From assembly GCA_026770705.1 (NCBI GenBank), contig JANJGN010000024.1, forward strand, positions 28,272,001 through 28,336,000: a stretch of 64,000 nt of DNA, read 5' to 3'. A model generated the notes under the pieces. That model did not search any database and had not been told where the DNA came from. It saw only the letters and a program-made list of their open reading frames with translations. Within the stretch, counting starts at the first letter, position 1. Each line of letters opens with the position of its first letter. The DNA comes from Isurus oxyrinchus (taxonomy: Eukaryota). The position numbers and the translations under genes are program-made. This document shows positions 1-12,645 of the stretch, piece after piece.

Positions 1-493
1 GGTGACCTCTCCTGTAATTGAATTGGATGGAGGAGAGAAAAAAAAGTAGATATTATGTGTTCAAGCAAAATGCCAAGGCCAAAAATCTGCAACTTGCGAT
101 AAAGTGCTTAAAAAAATCTACACAATTTAAGAATTCGTTTTTACCAGGCATTGAACACAGTCAGCCTCTGCTATTCATACAGAAATTGGCTCTCAATTGC
201 TTTGTGCTCTCATGAGTCATGAAACTGCACACAGGAACAGCCAGAGCCTGACACCTGAACCTGGGTCACAAGATTAGGAAATGCATTGAAAAATACATGT
301 GACCAACATATTAACAGTTGCTGGGTAGGGCCCTCCCAGATGCCAACACTGTCATAGTTATTTTTGGGGATCAGCTGAAAAGCTACTTCAATTATCTCAT
401 CAAAATATGTCATTTGATTGCTTGCCATGTCGTAACCATTGTATCACGTTATAGTGATCTATGTAAAATTGAAAAGAGAAACAAATATTAGAA

Positions 494-584
494 CACACAC
501 ACACATACCACTCAAACGGGCCCCCCATACACACACACACACACATCCCCCTTACAACCCAGACACACACACACACAAACACAC
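494..584 (+). repeat. Imperfect (CA)n microsatellite cluster
   Basis: Several CACACA runs interrupted by short C-rich spacers. Confidence 0.9.
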
Positions 585-1339
585 CTGATGAGCTATCCTA
601 TTTTTAGTTTCAGCCAGAGAATGACAAAATAATTATTCTGACAAACCACATTACATTATCTGGGGAAGGCGATAACTCCTCTCTTTGGCATCATGGGGCT
701 TGGTGAATTGCAAATGAATTTACCAAATAATTACTTGCAAATTTGATGCCTCAAGCACAATATCAAGGAGTGCGATGACAGAAAAAAATACTGATTTTCT
801 ACATAAAATATTAGACTTTGTTTTCACCAGGGTGGGGATAATTCGTGTTTTTTTTAGGTTATTGTTTACATCCTGGTATTCTTCTTTCAGAATGCACTGT
901 TGTCCAAAAGAATTACTGCAACATATATTAAAGCAGCTTATTTGATGCAGTTCCCAACCAAGTGAGGCATAGAACAAAGATATAACAAAGCAAATGAATA
1001 AACGTGACATGTCCTTTGAATGATTTTGTTTCCGCCCCTTTTACAGTGTTTGGCATTTGCACTCAGATTTGAAGTTCCTTCTTGTCCTGGCCTTCTGCAC
1101 TGAGGTGACTGCTGCATAAGACGAACTTTAACCATCCAGTGGGCTTGGTGATGGAAGCCATTGCTATGATTACATTTGTTAAGGTGTTTGCGGGGGGGGG
1201 AGGGGGGGGGGTGTTCAACTTTTACGAGCCATTGATTTGAATTGAGAAATGGGTGATCCTGTTACCTGTTCAGGAAACTCATAGTAACATACAAGCTTAC
1301 AACACTTTAAATCGTATATTGGTATAGGAGCTTTGGATT

Positions 1340-1670
1340 TCAACGCAACAATTACACTATCTCCTCTAGCCCCACACACTCCAAGATATCTGCGCTCCTT
1401 TAACTCTGGCCTCTTCAGCATCCCTGATTTTAATTGCTCCACCACTGTTGGTCACGTCCTCACGTACTCAGGCCTTAAATTGTGGAATACCCTCCCTGCA
1501 CCTCTCTTCCTCTCTCTGCATCACTTTCACTCTTCTAAGAGACTCCTAAAAATTTACCTCTGACCAAGTTACCTTAGTCATCTGTCCTAATACCTTCTTA
1601 TGTGGCTCAATATCATATTTTGTTTTGTAATGCTCCTGTGAAGTGCCTTGGGGCATAAGTTGTTGTTGCA
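1340..1670 (+). mobile_element. L2-type LINE 3' end, decayed
   Basis: Translation PRYLRSFNSGLFSIP...GLKLWNTLP resembles the L2 ORF2 C-terminus (LRS..S.LL.IP...LWNSLP). It is followed by an L2-like tail gctcctgtgaagtgccttggg. Confidence 0.65.
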
Positions 1671-2394
1671 AAGACAGATTTCACTATTTCTGGAAGGCAA
1701 GGTAAAAAGCCATTAATTCAGTACAAGTAATACATTCTAAGAATTATTTTTCAATTTGTAAACCAAACCATAGGGCATCTCTACTCATTATTCTTCTGAA
1801 GTGTCTAAAAGCCAAGGCTGTGGAATGAGGAAACCTGGCCTTATGACAGTGACTACACAGGCTTCAAAGCCAACTTGCATGACAGCAAATAAAGATAAAA
1901 AGTAAAACCAACGAAGGCTGGTAATCTTCAATGAAGTATTTAAAATATTACAACCGCACAGGTCAGTTGCAATTGAATATTTAAGTGAAATAGATAGGCT
2001 AACAATCCTATTGCTAAATCCACTTCTGTTCGTTCCTTTTTCTCTTTATTTTAGAAGGCAGAGACATGTGGTCGTTCAGAATATTGGGCCGGATTTTCGA
2101 TGCGGGGCTGGGGACCCGACACCCAGATGGATTCAGGGTTCCAACCCCAGGCTCACGCTACGTAGCTGTTGTGACATTATTTTAAAATTTAAATGACATA
2201 ATTGGCCTGGAGGCAAACTCGGCATCAATTCAGAGGTACCAAGCTACTCCAGGAGGTGGGTGTTGCCTGCTTGGTGCCAACAGCAAAGGCAGTTGGCAGG
2301 AATGATGGGGCTGCCACTGCCTTGCCAATTAGGATAGGCAGCTCATTAGAAGGTCAAAAGCTGGAAAATGGCAGAAAGTGGCCATGAAAGCAAT

Positions 2395-4070
2395 TTTATT
2401 TTATTCATTCATGGGATGTGGGTGTCACTGGCTGGGCCAGCATTTATTGCCCATCCCTAGTTGCCCTTGAGAAGCTGGTGGTGCACTGCCTTCTTGAATC
2501 GCTGCAGTCCACGTGGTGTAGGTACACCCACAGTGCTGTTAGGAAGGGAATTCCAGGATTTTGACCCAGTGACAGTGAAGGAACGGCGATATATTTTCAA
2601 GTCAGGATAGTGAGTTACTTGGAGGGGAACCTCTAGGTGGTGGTGTTCCCATGTATCTGCTGCCCTTGTCCTTCTAGATGGTAGTGGTCATGGATTTGAA
2701 AGGTGCCAGCTAAGGAGCCTTGCTGCGTTCCTGCCGTGCAACCTGTAGATGGTACACACTGTCGCTACTGTGATTGGTGGTGGAGTGAGTGAGTGTTTGT
2801 GAATGGGGTGCCAATCAAGCAGGGCTGCTTTGTCCTGGATGATGTCAAGCTTCTTGAGTGTTGTTGGAGCTGCACTCATCCAGGCAAGTGGAGAGTATTC
2901 CATCACACTCCTGACTTGTGCTTGTAGATGTTGGACAGGCTTTAGGGAGTCAGGAGGTGAGTTAGTCGCCACAGGATTCCTAGCCTCTGACCTGCTCTTG
3001 TAGCCACAGTATTTATATGGCTCGTCCAGTTCAGTTCTGGTCAATGGTAACCCCTAGGATGTTGATAGTGGAGGATTCAATGATTGTAATGCCATTGAAT
3101 GTCTTGGGGTAATGGTTAGATTCTCTCTTGTTGCAGATGGTCATTGCCTGGCATTTCTATGGCGCAAATGTTACTTTTCACTTGTCATCCCAAACCTGGA
3201 TATTGTCCAGGTCTTGCTGCATTTGGACATGGACTGCTTCAGTACCTGAGGAGTCGCAAATAATGCTGAACATTGTGCAATCATCAGTGAACATCTCCAC
3301 TTCTGACTTTATAATGGAAAGAAGGTCATTAATGAAGCAGCTGAAGATGGCTGGGCTTAAGACACTATTCTGAGCAACTCCTGCAGTGATATCCTGGAGC
3401 TGAGATGCTTGACCACAACCACAACCATCTTCCTTTGTGCTAGGTACAACTCCAACCAGTGGATTGTTTGCCTCCTGATTCCCATGGACTCCAGTTTTGC
3501 TCGGGCTCCTTGACTCAGTCAAATGTGGCCTTGATGTCCAGGGCAGTCACTCTCACCTCACTCTCGAGTTCCACCCTTTTGTCCCTGTTTGAACCAAGGT
3601 TGTAATGAGGTCAGGAGCCGAGTGGCCCTGGCGGAACCCAAACTGAGCATCAGTGAGCAGGTCAAAAACAGAATTACCTGGAAAAACTCAGCTGGTCTGG
3701 CAGCATCGGCGGAGAAGAAAAGAGTTGACGTTTCGAGTCCTCATGACCCTTCGTCGAAGGGTCATGAGGACTCGAAACGTCAACTCTTTTCTTCTCCGCC
3801 ATTGCTGCCAGACCTGCTGAGTTTTTCCAGGTAATTCTGTTTTTGTTTTGGATTTCCAGCATCCGCAGTTTTTTTGTTTTTATATCAGTGAGCAGGTTAT
3901 TGCTGAGCAAGTGCCATTTAATAGCACTGTTGATGACCCCTTCCATTATTTTACTGATGATGGACGGCAGACTGATGGGGCAGGAATTGGCCAGGTTGGA
4001 TTTGTCCTACTTTTTGTGTACAGGACATACCTGGGCAATTTTCCACATTGCCAGGTAGATGCCAGTGCTG
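2395..4070 (-). mobile_element. Non-LTR retrotransposon family A (CR1-group RT), 5'-truncated
   Basis: Minus-strand RT fragments (GVAQNSVLSPAIFSCFINDL, MFTDD, QVRSVMEYSPLAWMSAAPTTLKKLD). 3' tail cccacatcccatgaatgaataa at about 2400. Confidence 0.9.
3663..3883. mobile_element. Palindromic Penelope-like terminal repeat insertion with 14-bp TSD, nested in LINE A
   Basis: Two inverted copies joined at about 3754. atcagtgagcaggt is duplicated at 3649-3662 and 3884-3897. Confidence 0.8.
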
Positions 4071-5800
4071 TGGGTGCACTGCACTGGATTCAGTGCTGGC
4101 TGACCCATCATACATCCATTTTTAACAGGTAAAAGCAACATTTCAAATGTCCCTGAAATGAACCCAGCAGCTCAACATTAATGTGTACCAGACTGTTTGG
4201 GTTCAAAGAATTAAAGATTAAGAATCGCATTCCCGACCGCACTTGTCTCTTAACAAGCCCCTTAAGAGCTCATTGGCCTGGTAATTGATGGCACGCAGAC
4301 TGCCCATTCCCACCAGTCCACCCCTTTGAAAATCTGAAACCATCCAGGAGGCCTTGGGAATCATGAGACAGCCTCTGGGACTGTCATGTTCAAAGCACGC
4401 CCACACTGGGTCCCGACTCCACAGCAATTTGAAAACCCCAGCATTGCTTTTGTTTTTGACACCAGCAGATACTTCCTTTATTGTGCTTCAAGGGGGAACA
4501 GTTACAATGACAAGTGAATCCCCTGTCCATCCCACTATTACTCACAAACTGTATCACTGTTAACCCGAATGGGAAGAAACTTCATTCAATACAACTGGCC
4601 TATTACATAATGATACAAACTTGGCTAAATCAGCATGAACAGCCAGCCAGCTAAAATATATTATCTCCGATACTGCAAACTACAGAAAGATTGGCACAAC
4701 CACATAATTACCTATACTGACCACAGAAGATCCGTGTAAATCTCCAGTTTCTTCTTTCCCAGTAGCAGCTTAAGTGATGACAAACGCGTGATTAAACTAA
4801 GTGACGTTGCCTCCTGACAGCATGTTAAATTGATAGGTATCACTTTGCAGTAGTTAGAAATCCTTTGAGTTATATTTTCGCTATGTGATAGGGCCTCACC
4901 CATTCACATTCATGTGGCCTGTGAACGAGCTGGGCCTTCAAGCTGCTCCATCTGCATGAACTTGTGGACTGCTCCGGTTGGATTGGATTGAGGCCTTGTT
5001 GCTGAGCTGTATGAAATCCACTCAAAATCCAGCACACTGCACAGAATAGTCAGGTCAGGGTGGGTTACCGTTTTTGGACTTGTTTTAACTCTCCTTCGGC
5101 GCCAACCGTGAATTCTGGTTAAATTTTTTTATCGACCACTAAAATGCTACCCTTCCCACTTCTAATTAGCCTTCCCTTTTTACACTGATGTCCAAGCTTT
5201 TCTGTCTCTTTGTTTCAAAATAAAAACGCAAAAGCCATGGTCAGAAAGTGAAGCCGTCTAATAGAAAGTTGTTGATTTGCAGGAGCTTGCCATGTTACCT
5301 TTATATATGTCCTTTGCTGCAACCTTGGCTATGAATGTTCAGGCAACATGAGCTGATCATGAAGTCTGACCTCACAATATGTTGTTTCATCATAGAAGAG
5401 AACAAAGAAAAATTCAATCAGATCAACTTTGGACTATGACGGTAACAAAGTTAAAAATCTATAAACTAGTCACAATGCGTCAAAACTGCAGGTGAGGTGT
5501 ACACAGCTGGCATTAATTATTTTGTGTGGGAACCAAGTCTATCATGGGCTGCATTGTATCGTCTGCTATTTATTTTTGGATTACTAACTGCAGATGTCAG
5601 TAATTTTAGTTTTGCAGGGGAAAAAAGTGCAGAATAATGAATATGACAATTAGTCACGCCTCACTTTGAGCTCTGAACAGAGAAGTAATGTTGTGTCATC
5701 ACATTTTCGCAGGAAAGCAACCATATGCTTCAATCCCCGGATAAAACAGCTTCTTTGTCTTGTGTTGCCTCTCCACAGGAAGTGAAGCACTGCACACTTT

Positions 5801-6292
5801 GGGCAGAATCTTGTGCAGGCAACAGGCCTTGGCTGCATCTTATGCCACACGAGCTCTAAGGGGTCAGCGGCGGCCTACTCCCAGGGATTAAGGACTCAGG
5901 GGGGCGGAAGGCCCACCACTAAGTGGAGGAGGAGGCTGGTCAGAGGTCAGCAGCTCTCCTGTACTCAGCAGCGCCACCTGCAAGGTATGACACCCACCCG
6001 AGGCCTCGGATCGAGGATGGACCGAGGACCAGGCGGGTCAAGACTGGGAAGGGGGCTGCTTTGTGTGGCAGTGGCGGTGAGGAAGGGGGAGGTGGCGAGG
6101 GTGGTCAGCAGCAAGGGCAGGGAGATGGCTCACAGCAGGCTGCTGCTTCCCCCTCCCCTTGCCAGGTCCCTTGATTGGGCACTGAGTGCCTTTGAACAAG
6201 GTTTCGCTCCAACCCTGCCCCGACTCTCTCAACCCCCCAACCCCCTGGAAGCCTGAAAGCAAATATGCCCGGGTTGCTCGTCATGCTCCCTG

Positions 6293-6323
<31 letters not shown>

Positions 6324-6569
6324 ACCACCTCAGCCCCTGCTGGGTTAATACCAGTGGCACGGGGATGAGGCCCTTAAGTGGGCATTAATTGTTCACTTTG
6401 GGACTTCCATCCACAGCAGAGAGAGAAGGTCGTCCATTGGCCTCCCCACGATGGATTTCATTGGGGTGGAGAAGAGAAGGTGGCAGGGTCTCCAGCCACC
6501 ACCCTCCTGCCCAATTCAGTGTCCCCACACTGCCAAACCCGCCCTAGGGGAGGGTACAAGACTCCGCCC
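5801..6569. mobile_element. Harbinger-type MITE (contains poly-C run 6297-6323)
   Basis: Termini gggcagaatcttg / caagactccgccc. Central ggcccttaagtgggcattaatt motif. Confidence 0.65.
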
Positions 6570-6629
6570 CTAATTTCAGATGGCTCAAGAGAGGACGCTG
6601 CTCTGACTTGTTGAAGAACTTGGACAGCA

Positions 6630-7172
6630 TGTCACCATGTGTCATTTAGATTTTCAATTGGGCGGGCACACAGCAGAGTCGGCCTGTTAAGACCATCAAT
6701 GAACCAATGAACCCAATTGAGAAAGCTGCCCGTCCAACCTTAAGATTGGCGGTGGGCAGGCGAAGAGCATTTTTCATGGAACCTCATCCACGGGCGGGAA
6801 TGAAGGGTAGATAAATTAAATAAATGTTTTCATTAAAGTTGATTGACATATCCCAGTGTCACTTGAGACACTGTCACACGAGGGGACATGTCTTAAATTT
6901 TTTTTTCTATTATTACGATTTTTGGGAATTAGACTAAATCTCCCTGATGCAGCTCTGTGTATGCACAAAACAGCGCAGGCCCCGACTAGGGGAATCACCC
7001 CCGATCCCCCCGCCCGCACAGGGAGCGCTCAGCGCTTCCAGGCGCACGTCACACTGGGCGGGCCTTAATTGGCCCGCCCACGTAAAACGCGCGGTGCGGA
7101 CCCGATCGGGGGCACCGACTGGGTCCACACCCACCCCTGCACAACCTCCCCGACCGGGTGAAAATTCTACCC
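6630..7172. mobile_element. Harbinger MITE, hairpin subfamily, one end missing
   Basis: Right TIR aaaattctaccc. Internal gaaacctcatcc and gtgacactgtcac-type hairpins. Subterminal gggccttaattggcccgccc. Confidence 0.75.
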
Positions 7173-7495
7173 TATGTTACTAGGTTAGTAATCCTGAGGC
7201 CTGGACAAGAATTCGCAAGCACGTGGGTTCAATCACAGCAGTTTTAGAATTTGAATGCACTGTTTAAAAAGAAAAGGAACTAAAAATGGTGGCACTGGCA
7301 AAAGTGAACATGAAGCCGTTGGGTTATCATAAAAAAAAACAAACTGGGTCACAGATGCCCTTTGGAGAAGGAAACCTGTTCTCCTTGCCCAGTCTGGTGT
7401 ATATGTGACTGCAGCCTGACTGACTTTCAATTATCTTCTGAATAGTCCTTAGGCCAGAAATGCCAATGAATCCACATTCCGAGAATGACTAGAAC
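7173..7495 (+). mobile_element. SINE sharing 5' body and 3' tail with LINE A
   Basis: B-box-like gggttcaatc. Body cctttggagaaggaaacctg. Tail ccacattccgagaatgact resembles the LINE A tail. Confidence 0.6.
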
Positions 7496-7699
7496 AAGTT
7501 TATACACATAAAACGACGAAATAGCAAAGTAAAAAACCGGCTCGAGATAGACATTTTAGATTTTCAACGGGAATAGTGAGGGGTGGTTTGCTGTGATGGA
7601 CAACGATCTCAGGCAAATCGGGGGGGAGCCTAAAAATTCATTTTTCAATCCGATTTTCTATCTGGGTTGAAAAGACTTGGAAAAGCAAGTCAACATATT

Positions 7700-8535
7700 T
7701 CTTCTATTCTGTTGAATGGTCACAGACCCTGAAACGTTGAGCGGAACCGACCAGCTCCACCAATGGGCGGGAAGCTTGACGGGCTGTGGAGCTTAATTTG
7801 CGGTGAGGCCAAAAATCAGCTTCCCGATCACGGGGTCAACTTTAGCAATTATGCTCTTGGGACTTTAAAGGCAGGTCGAGCTTCCTGATGAACAACGTCG
7901 CGAAGCCCTTTTGCATGCATTAGCAAGTCATGCATGCTCATTAAAAGGCCGCCTGGCCAAATTAAGTTCCCCGCCAGCGAGAAATTCATGACTGCACACA
8001 GGTGCACCTGGTGAGGTAGACATCGTCCATGATGAGCGGTCATTTTCCGCTGCATTAGCCTCTTTGAGGATCGTCTGTAAATGCCAGCCTACGCTTGAGA
8101 CTGGGGCGGTGTGGTGCAAGTTGCCCAGAGGATGATCAAGGAAGGCTTAGCTGCAAAGGATGGAGCAGTGGCCGGGCAAAGGTGCAAGGGACAGTGCAGG
8201 ATGCCTGGGTGCCCTTTAAATGTGGCACCCAGTACTTCGACCCCATGAGGTAATGGCGGGGACAGTGACTTCCTGCCTGCTCCTGCCACGAGAATCGGAC
8301 AGCTCCTGACGGATGCATATGTAATGAGTTGAACAGCGCAAGGTCGCGCACAGTCAGCTTTCCTGCCCTCCCAGCGGAAACCACTCTCACTTCCGCCCCC
8401 TCCATTGAACTTAGACTCCAGAACGGAAGAATCCAGCCATTCACTCTGTTTCTCTCTCCACAGATGCTGCCTAACCTGCTCAGTATTTCCAGCATGTTCC
8501 GTTTTTATTTCAGATTTGCAGTATTCCGCTTTTCA
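7700..8535 (+). mobile_element. Older Penelope-like terminus (hammerhead-like motif) interrupted by a MITE at 7739-8438
   Basis: ctgttgaatggtcacagaccctgaaacgtt, then the insert, then attcactctgtttctctctccacagatgctgcc...tcagatttgcag. Confidence 0.7.
7739..8438. mobile_element. Harbinger-type MITE
   Basis: Right end gaagaatccagcc. GC-rich body. Flanks gtt/att. Confidence 0.5.
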
Positions 8536-9021
8536 ATTAAGATCTTCGGCCTTCAGCCTGCACAAGTTCTCAATAAACTACCTTTTAGTTTTGTTTTCTA
8601 ACAAGGAAAACAAATGAGCCAAGTTAGAATTGTCCAGTTACCAATTCAAAATAAGAACGAAGGAGTTAATACTGTAAATGTCAGGCCTGTCAAAAATAAA
8701 GCTTGGAGAGTTTAAACTCCAGTGTACTTCAAAGTCTTCTAGACAAAATAAACTCGTGGATGCTCACAGGATCAGAAGCCCCCCTCTTGTTTTCGCTAAC
8801 GCTTTTTAATACATTAAATACACTGCAGATGTTCAGAATATACAGACATGGATGGAAAGCAGTATCCAAGTTAAAAGGTTGAAACAGAATAAGGCATAAA
8901 TTAAAAACGTTCAGGAGATATTAAAAGACATAACAGACAACTCATATGTAAACATAATCAGGGTATTGTGAAATATGGGGCAAAAGGTTGGGGGACACAC
9001 ATTTTGAGACCTCCTCAATAT

Positions 9022-9545
9022 TGAGGAGTTTTAACTCAATAGCATGTTAGTGGGTTCAATGATCAGTTCCACACCCAAAGGGCCAGGATGACTGACAGGT
9101 GGACCTTCAGTCAGTCAGGAGGGGAGCCAAGTCCCCGATTATGGCTCAGCAGGCACGTCTAGGTCGGGACTGCAGTTCCATTGAGGGAGCTCCCAAATCT
9201 GGGATGGGTGTGGGGCATGTGGGCAAAGGGGGGATGGGGTCCTGCTGGGGGATGGAGGGGAGGTCAAAGGTCTTGGGTGAAGGTTGCTGAGGGGGACCCT
9301 GATCATGGAGGCTCCTCAGGAAGGCTCCTGAATCCTGGGGTAACTGTGAAAGCACATACTTCCTGCATCAACCAAGTCCTTGCCTTGAGGAAGCTGCATC
9401 ACACTACCTCGGAGTGGGTTGACAGCCCATCCACCTTCCGGCCACATTAAAACTGGAAATGGGTGGGTTGGAGACAGGTTTGGATAGGTAGCAGCTTTTT
9501 CTGACATTAAGCTTCCCACCTTTTCTCAGTTAAAATTTTTACCAC
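9022..9545. mobile_element. Decayed Harbinger-type MITE
   Basis: Degenerate inverted ends gagttttaact / agttaaaattttt around a GC-rich body. Confidence 0.35.
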
Positions 9546-10077
9546 AGCATTTTTAAAAAACATTGTGCTTAACACATTATTTCAAACATGAGAAATTTAA
9601 CATAGAAGGGAAAATGGTAAAGAAAAAAGAAAAGCTGCCTCTTATTTATCAGTAAATTTGGCAATTTTCTCATTCTTTGCAAACCTTGGGCTTGCCTTAA
9701 AGTCAAATGCTCCAGTAGCAAAGGCACAGCTGGAAAAGAGAACATAGCTGCTGTCAATTTGAATAATTGAAGTTCTCCTGCTTTCCTCTCTTCTCTTAAC
9801 TGTGAGGAACTGCCTTACATAAAATATATTGTCCAGTAAGTTCCAAGTAATTCATTGGAAAAATGGCCACTCTTACGAGAATACAGCTAAAATGTTCTCT
9901 TATGAGTTCTGGGGAACCCTTCGAAAAAAATAGCTACTTTCTGGATGGACAGACACTGCTTCACATATCCAGTGTCAAAAAAATTAATACTTTGCCATTA
10001 ACGGCCGCAGGTCAACTGCAGTTGCAGTGCAGTCAGGAACACTGAATTTACACTCAAGCACAATGGTGTGATTCCAG

Positions 10078-10768
10078 GGCCTGAATTTTACCGTTGGTGG
10101 GCATGCCTGATCAGTGGGCCCGGGAGCAGACGGGAAACAGACCGCCGATCGCAATCAGCCCCCCAACCACATTTTCATGCTGACCGGCCAATATCGGTCA
10201 GCCAGTGTGAAACGCTCAACATTGCCAGAGTGGGGGCGGGAGGAAGGCGGGTGATGAGGTTTCCGCAGGCGCCGGGGTGGGGGGGCACTGAGAGAAAGCC
10301 CCCTGAAGGCGGGCAGCTGCCTCAGGGAGTTTCAGACCTGAAAACCATCAAATGAAGGTTTTAGAAGCTGAAAACAAATGCCCATGCATCACAATCAATC
10401 ATCCAAAAATATAACTGATAAAAATGCTACCCACAGATATTTATTTTTATTTTATTTCATAACGGAGATTCAATCCCGCCCTTGGACGAGGTTCAATGCA
10501 AAATGCAAAGTCCGCCTGGCCTATTTGCCTGTCCGCCAACAAGAAGGTTGGATGAGCCACGAAAAATCGGAGACAATTGTGCTCTTAATGGGTTTAACTG
10601 CCCTCTCAATTGTTGACAGGCACACTTCTGACTTTTGCACGTGCCGGCAGAGTGAAATATCACACAAGTTCGTGATGATGTCAGGAGGCTCGCCCTATGT
10701 CTTCTCGCGTGATTTTATGCCAGATTAGGTCGGGTGTGCCCCTGCCCGCGGGTCATAAAATTCAACCC
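10078..10768. mobile_element. Harbinger MITE
   Basis: TIRs ggcctgaatttt / aaaattcaaccc. Flanks cag/tag. Body is the reverse-oriented relative of 56761-57416. Confidence 0.8.
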
Positions 10769-11071
10769 TAGATTCATCCCTCCAATTTGGTGCCTTCCAT
10801 TTTCATAAAAATGCCCCATTTTCTTTCCTACCAAACTGCTCTGCCACCGGTGCTTATTCTTCATGAACTTAGATATCCCAAAGTGCTTAATGGGAGTAAA
10901 ATACTTTGCGAAGTTAAGAGGAAACTTAGGGGAGGCAACCAAAAATGCAGATGCAAGGTTTAAGGTATACAGAAGGTAGCAAGGCAAAGATGACTTCTTC
11001 CCGTGGTCTGATCTAACTGGCTCAGGCTCGGCCACTAACTGTCAAGCTGGAGGGTGTGTGGAAGAATCAGC

Positions 11072-11756
11072 GACCTGAAGTTTTCAGACGGCGGGGTCTT
11101 GTTTCCTACCATCCAACGAGTCAGTGGGGATGGCTGCTCTGCAGCCTATTTACGCTCCAACAAGTGCTGATTGGGAGGCGGTGGGACTCCTGGCCCTCAC
11201 TCGGGAGGAAGTCCCACCTCAGGGAAACAGCAACAGCTGTCACGCTGCAGTGGACGGAAAAGGAAGTTCAAGAAGGTGTCAGAGACCAAGTCCGGGGACA
11301 GGAGGCCCAGTTAAGTTCAGGGGGGTCCCAGGGAGGGGAGGAGAGGGGGTGGGGGCGGGGGGCAGGTCCGGAGGCCACTGAACCTTAAGTGGGGAGGGTG
11401 GTGCACCCAACTTCTGAAAGGGGCTTCAAATGGAGGTGCCCCTGCACTCTCACGCCCCCACCCTGGATTTAACTTTGATCTTTGATTTATTACGGGCTAC
11501 CCCACGGAGATTCGAACTTCCCACCAGCCTAAAAATTAAGGGCAGGTGAGAAAAGCCCGTTAAGTGGCCATTAATTGGCCACTTAAGGACCTCAAATGGA
11601 ACAAGGGCGGGCTTTCCGTCTGAGGCCTTGTCTGCCCCAGCCTAAAATCACTGTATGGCTGGGGCGGGCAGGAACCCGGAGGGAATCCAGTTCTTTTAGT
11701 TTAATCTCCTCCCTTCGCCTAAAAACCCACTGGTGGGTGAGCGTAAAATTCAGGCC
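11072..11756. mobile_element. Harbinger-type MITE
   Basis: gacctgaagttt / aaaattcaggcc ends. Internal palindrome ttaagtggccattaattggccacttaa. Confidence 0.65.
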
Positions 11757-12507
11757 ACGAAGTGGAATGTGAGGTTGGCTAAGATTGCAGAGGTTGGCTA
11801 GAGATAGGACATAAGGGATTTAAAGATGAGCGCTAAGATTTCACAGTTGATGTGGTGGGAGGCTGCAGGTAGTGAAAGCCAAAGAGAAAGATGGATCCTT
11901 TCCATGAACATAGAAGCTTACAGGTACCAGACCCCTCACCTGGTGTTCCAAACTCCAAAGGATCCGAAAACCAGCAACAATCGAATCTGGCAACACTCCT
12001 GTCCTGGGAACTACTGTACAATCCTCATCAGGCATTTCTGTCCGCTATATCCTTTATTAACAAGGGGGCTGTTTACAGGGTTCCACTGATGGCCTCAAAA
12101 GTGATTATTCTTCCCCCTCTTAGGTAGTTCTGTTATTGTTTATTTTTAAACTTAAAAGATTTATTTTACGTGAAGCATTGGTGATTCCGCTGTGCTGCGT
12201 ATCTGGGCCGCAGCTTGTTGAACCTGCTCTTTGGGTTCAGCCTGACTTATTTGATGTCGGGATTAACAGCATGGAAGAAGCTGGCCTGGTCTGCGCCTCA
12301 TCCCTTCCTTTCCCCGTCTCGACTGGGTCCAGCTCGGCAGACAAATAAGCCCGACTTTAAGTTTGAATTCATTATTATCCTATTTCCCCGGACCCCCTGC
12401 CCCCACCACCCCCTGCCACAGCACCCAAAATTCGGAAAATCCCCATATCAGGCACACATCTGTTCCCGAGCTTCTGGATATAGGGTCCGGTCTCAGGATT
12501 TTCATAG

Positions 12508-12645
12508 TTTTCTATGAACAGTTATATTCGACTCAAAATGTTAACTGTTTCTCTCTCCACAGATACTGCCAGACCTAATGAGTATTTCCAGCACTTTCTG
12601 TTTTTATTTCAGATTTCCAGCATCCGCAGTATTTTGCTTTTATTT
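12508..12645 (+). mobile_element. Older Penelope-like terminus with decayed hammerhead-like motif
   Basis: ctatgaacagttatattcgactcaaaatgttaactg followed by tctctctccacagatactgccagacc...tttccagcatccgcag. Confidence 0.7.

Larger units (their letters stand above)
2086..4443. mobile_element. Harbinger-type MITE split by a LINE insertion
   Basis: Starts with gggccggattttc. MITE-like GC-rich body on both sides of the LINE. Degenerate right end gaaaaccccagc. Confidence 0.4.

Noticed and set aside
1191-1211. Poly-G run (also poly-C 6297-6323 and G-rich 31551-31600) as functional G-quadruplexes
   Set aside because: Simple homopolymer expansions, mostly within MITEs and error-prone in assembly. There is no evidence of function
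3589-3946. Recurrent ORFs containing NKNRITWKNSAGLAASAEKKRVDVSSPHDPS (also near 24371, 24504 and 30672)
   Set aside because: They are translations of the non-coding palindromic repeat and appear on both strands because of the inversion. They are not a protein family
4712-4813. Possible minus-strand exon (EATSLSLITRLSSLKLLLGKKKLEIYTDLL) between tgtcag and gtcagt/gtaatt
   Set aside because: Weak polypyrimidine tract, in-frame stop if the better donor is used, no recognisable protein and no partner exons
5813-6256. 147-aa ORF, and similar long GC-rich ORFs at 31443, 52200 and 56151
   Set aside because: They lie inside GC-rich MITEs where stops are rare, and show no domain motifs
9640-9731. Good minus-strand acceptor (ttctcttttccag) followed by a short open frame
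   Set aside because: No convincing donor and no recognisable peptide
11919-12500. Possible Tc1/mariner or Tigger-like termini (tacaggtacc...actactgta; aattcggaaaatcc)
   Set aside because: Too degenerate to define matching TIRs or boundaries by eye
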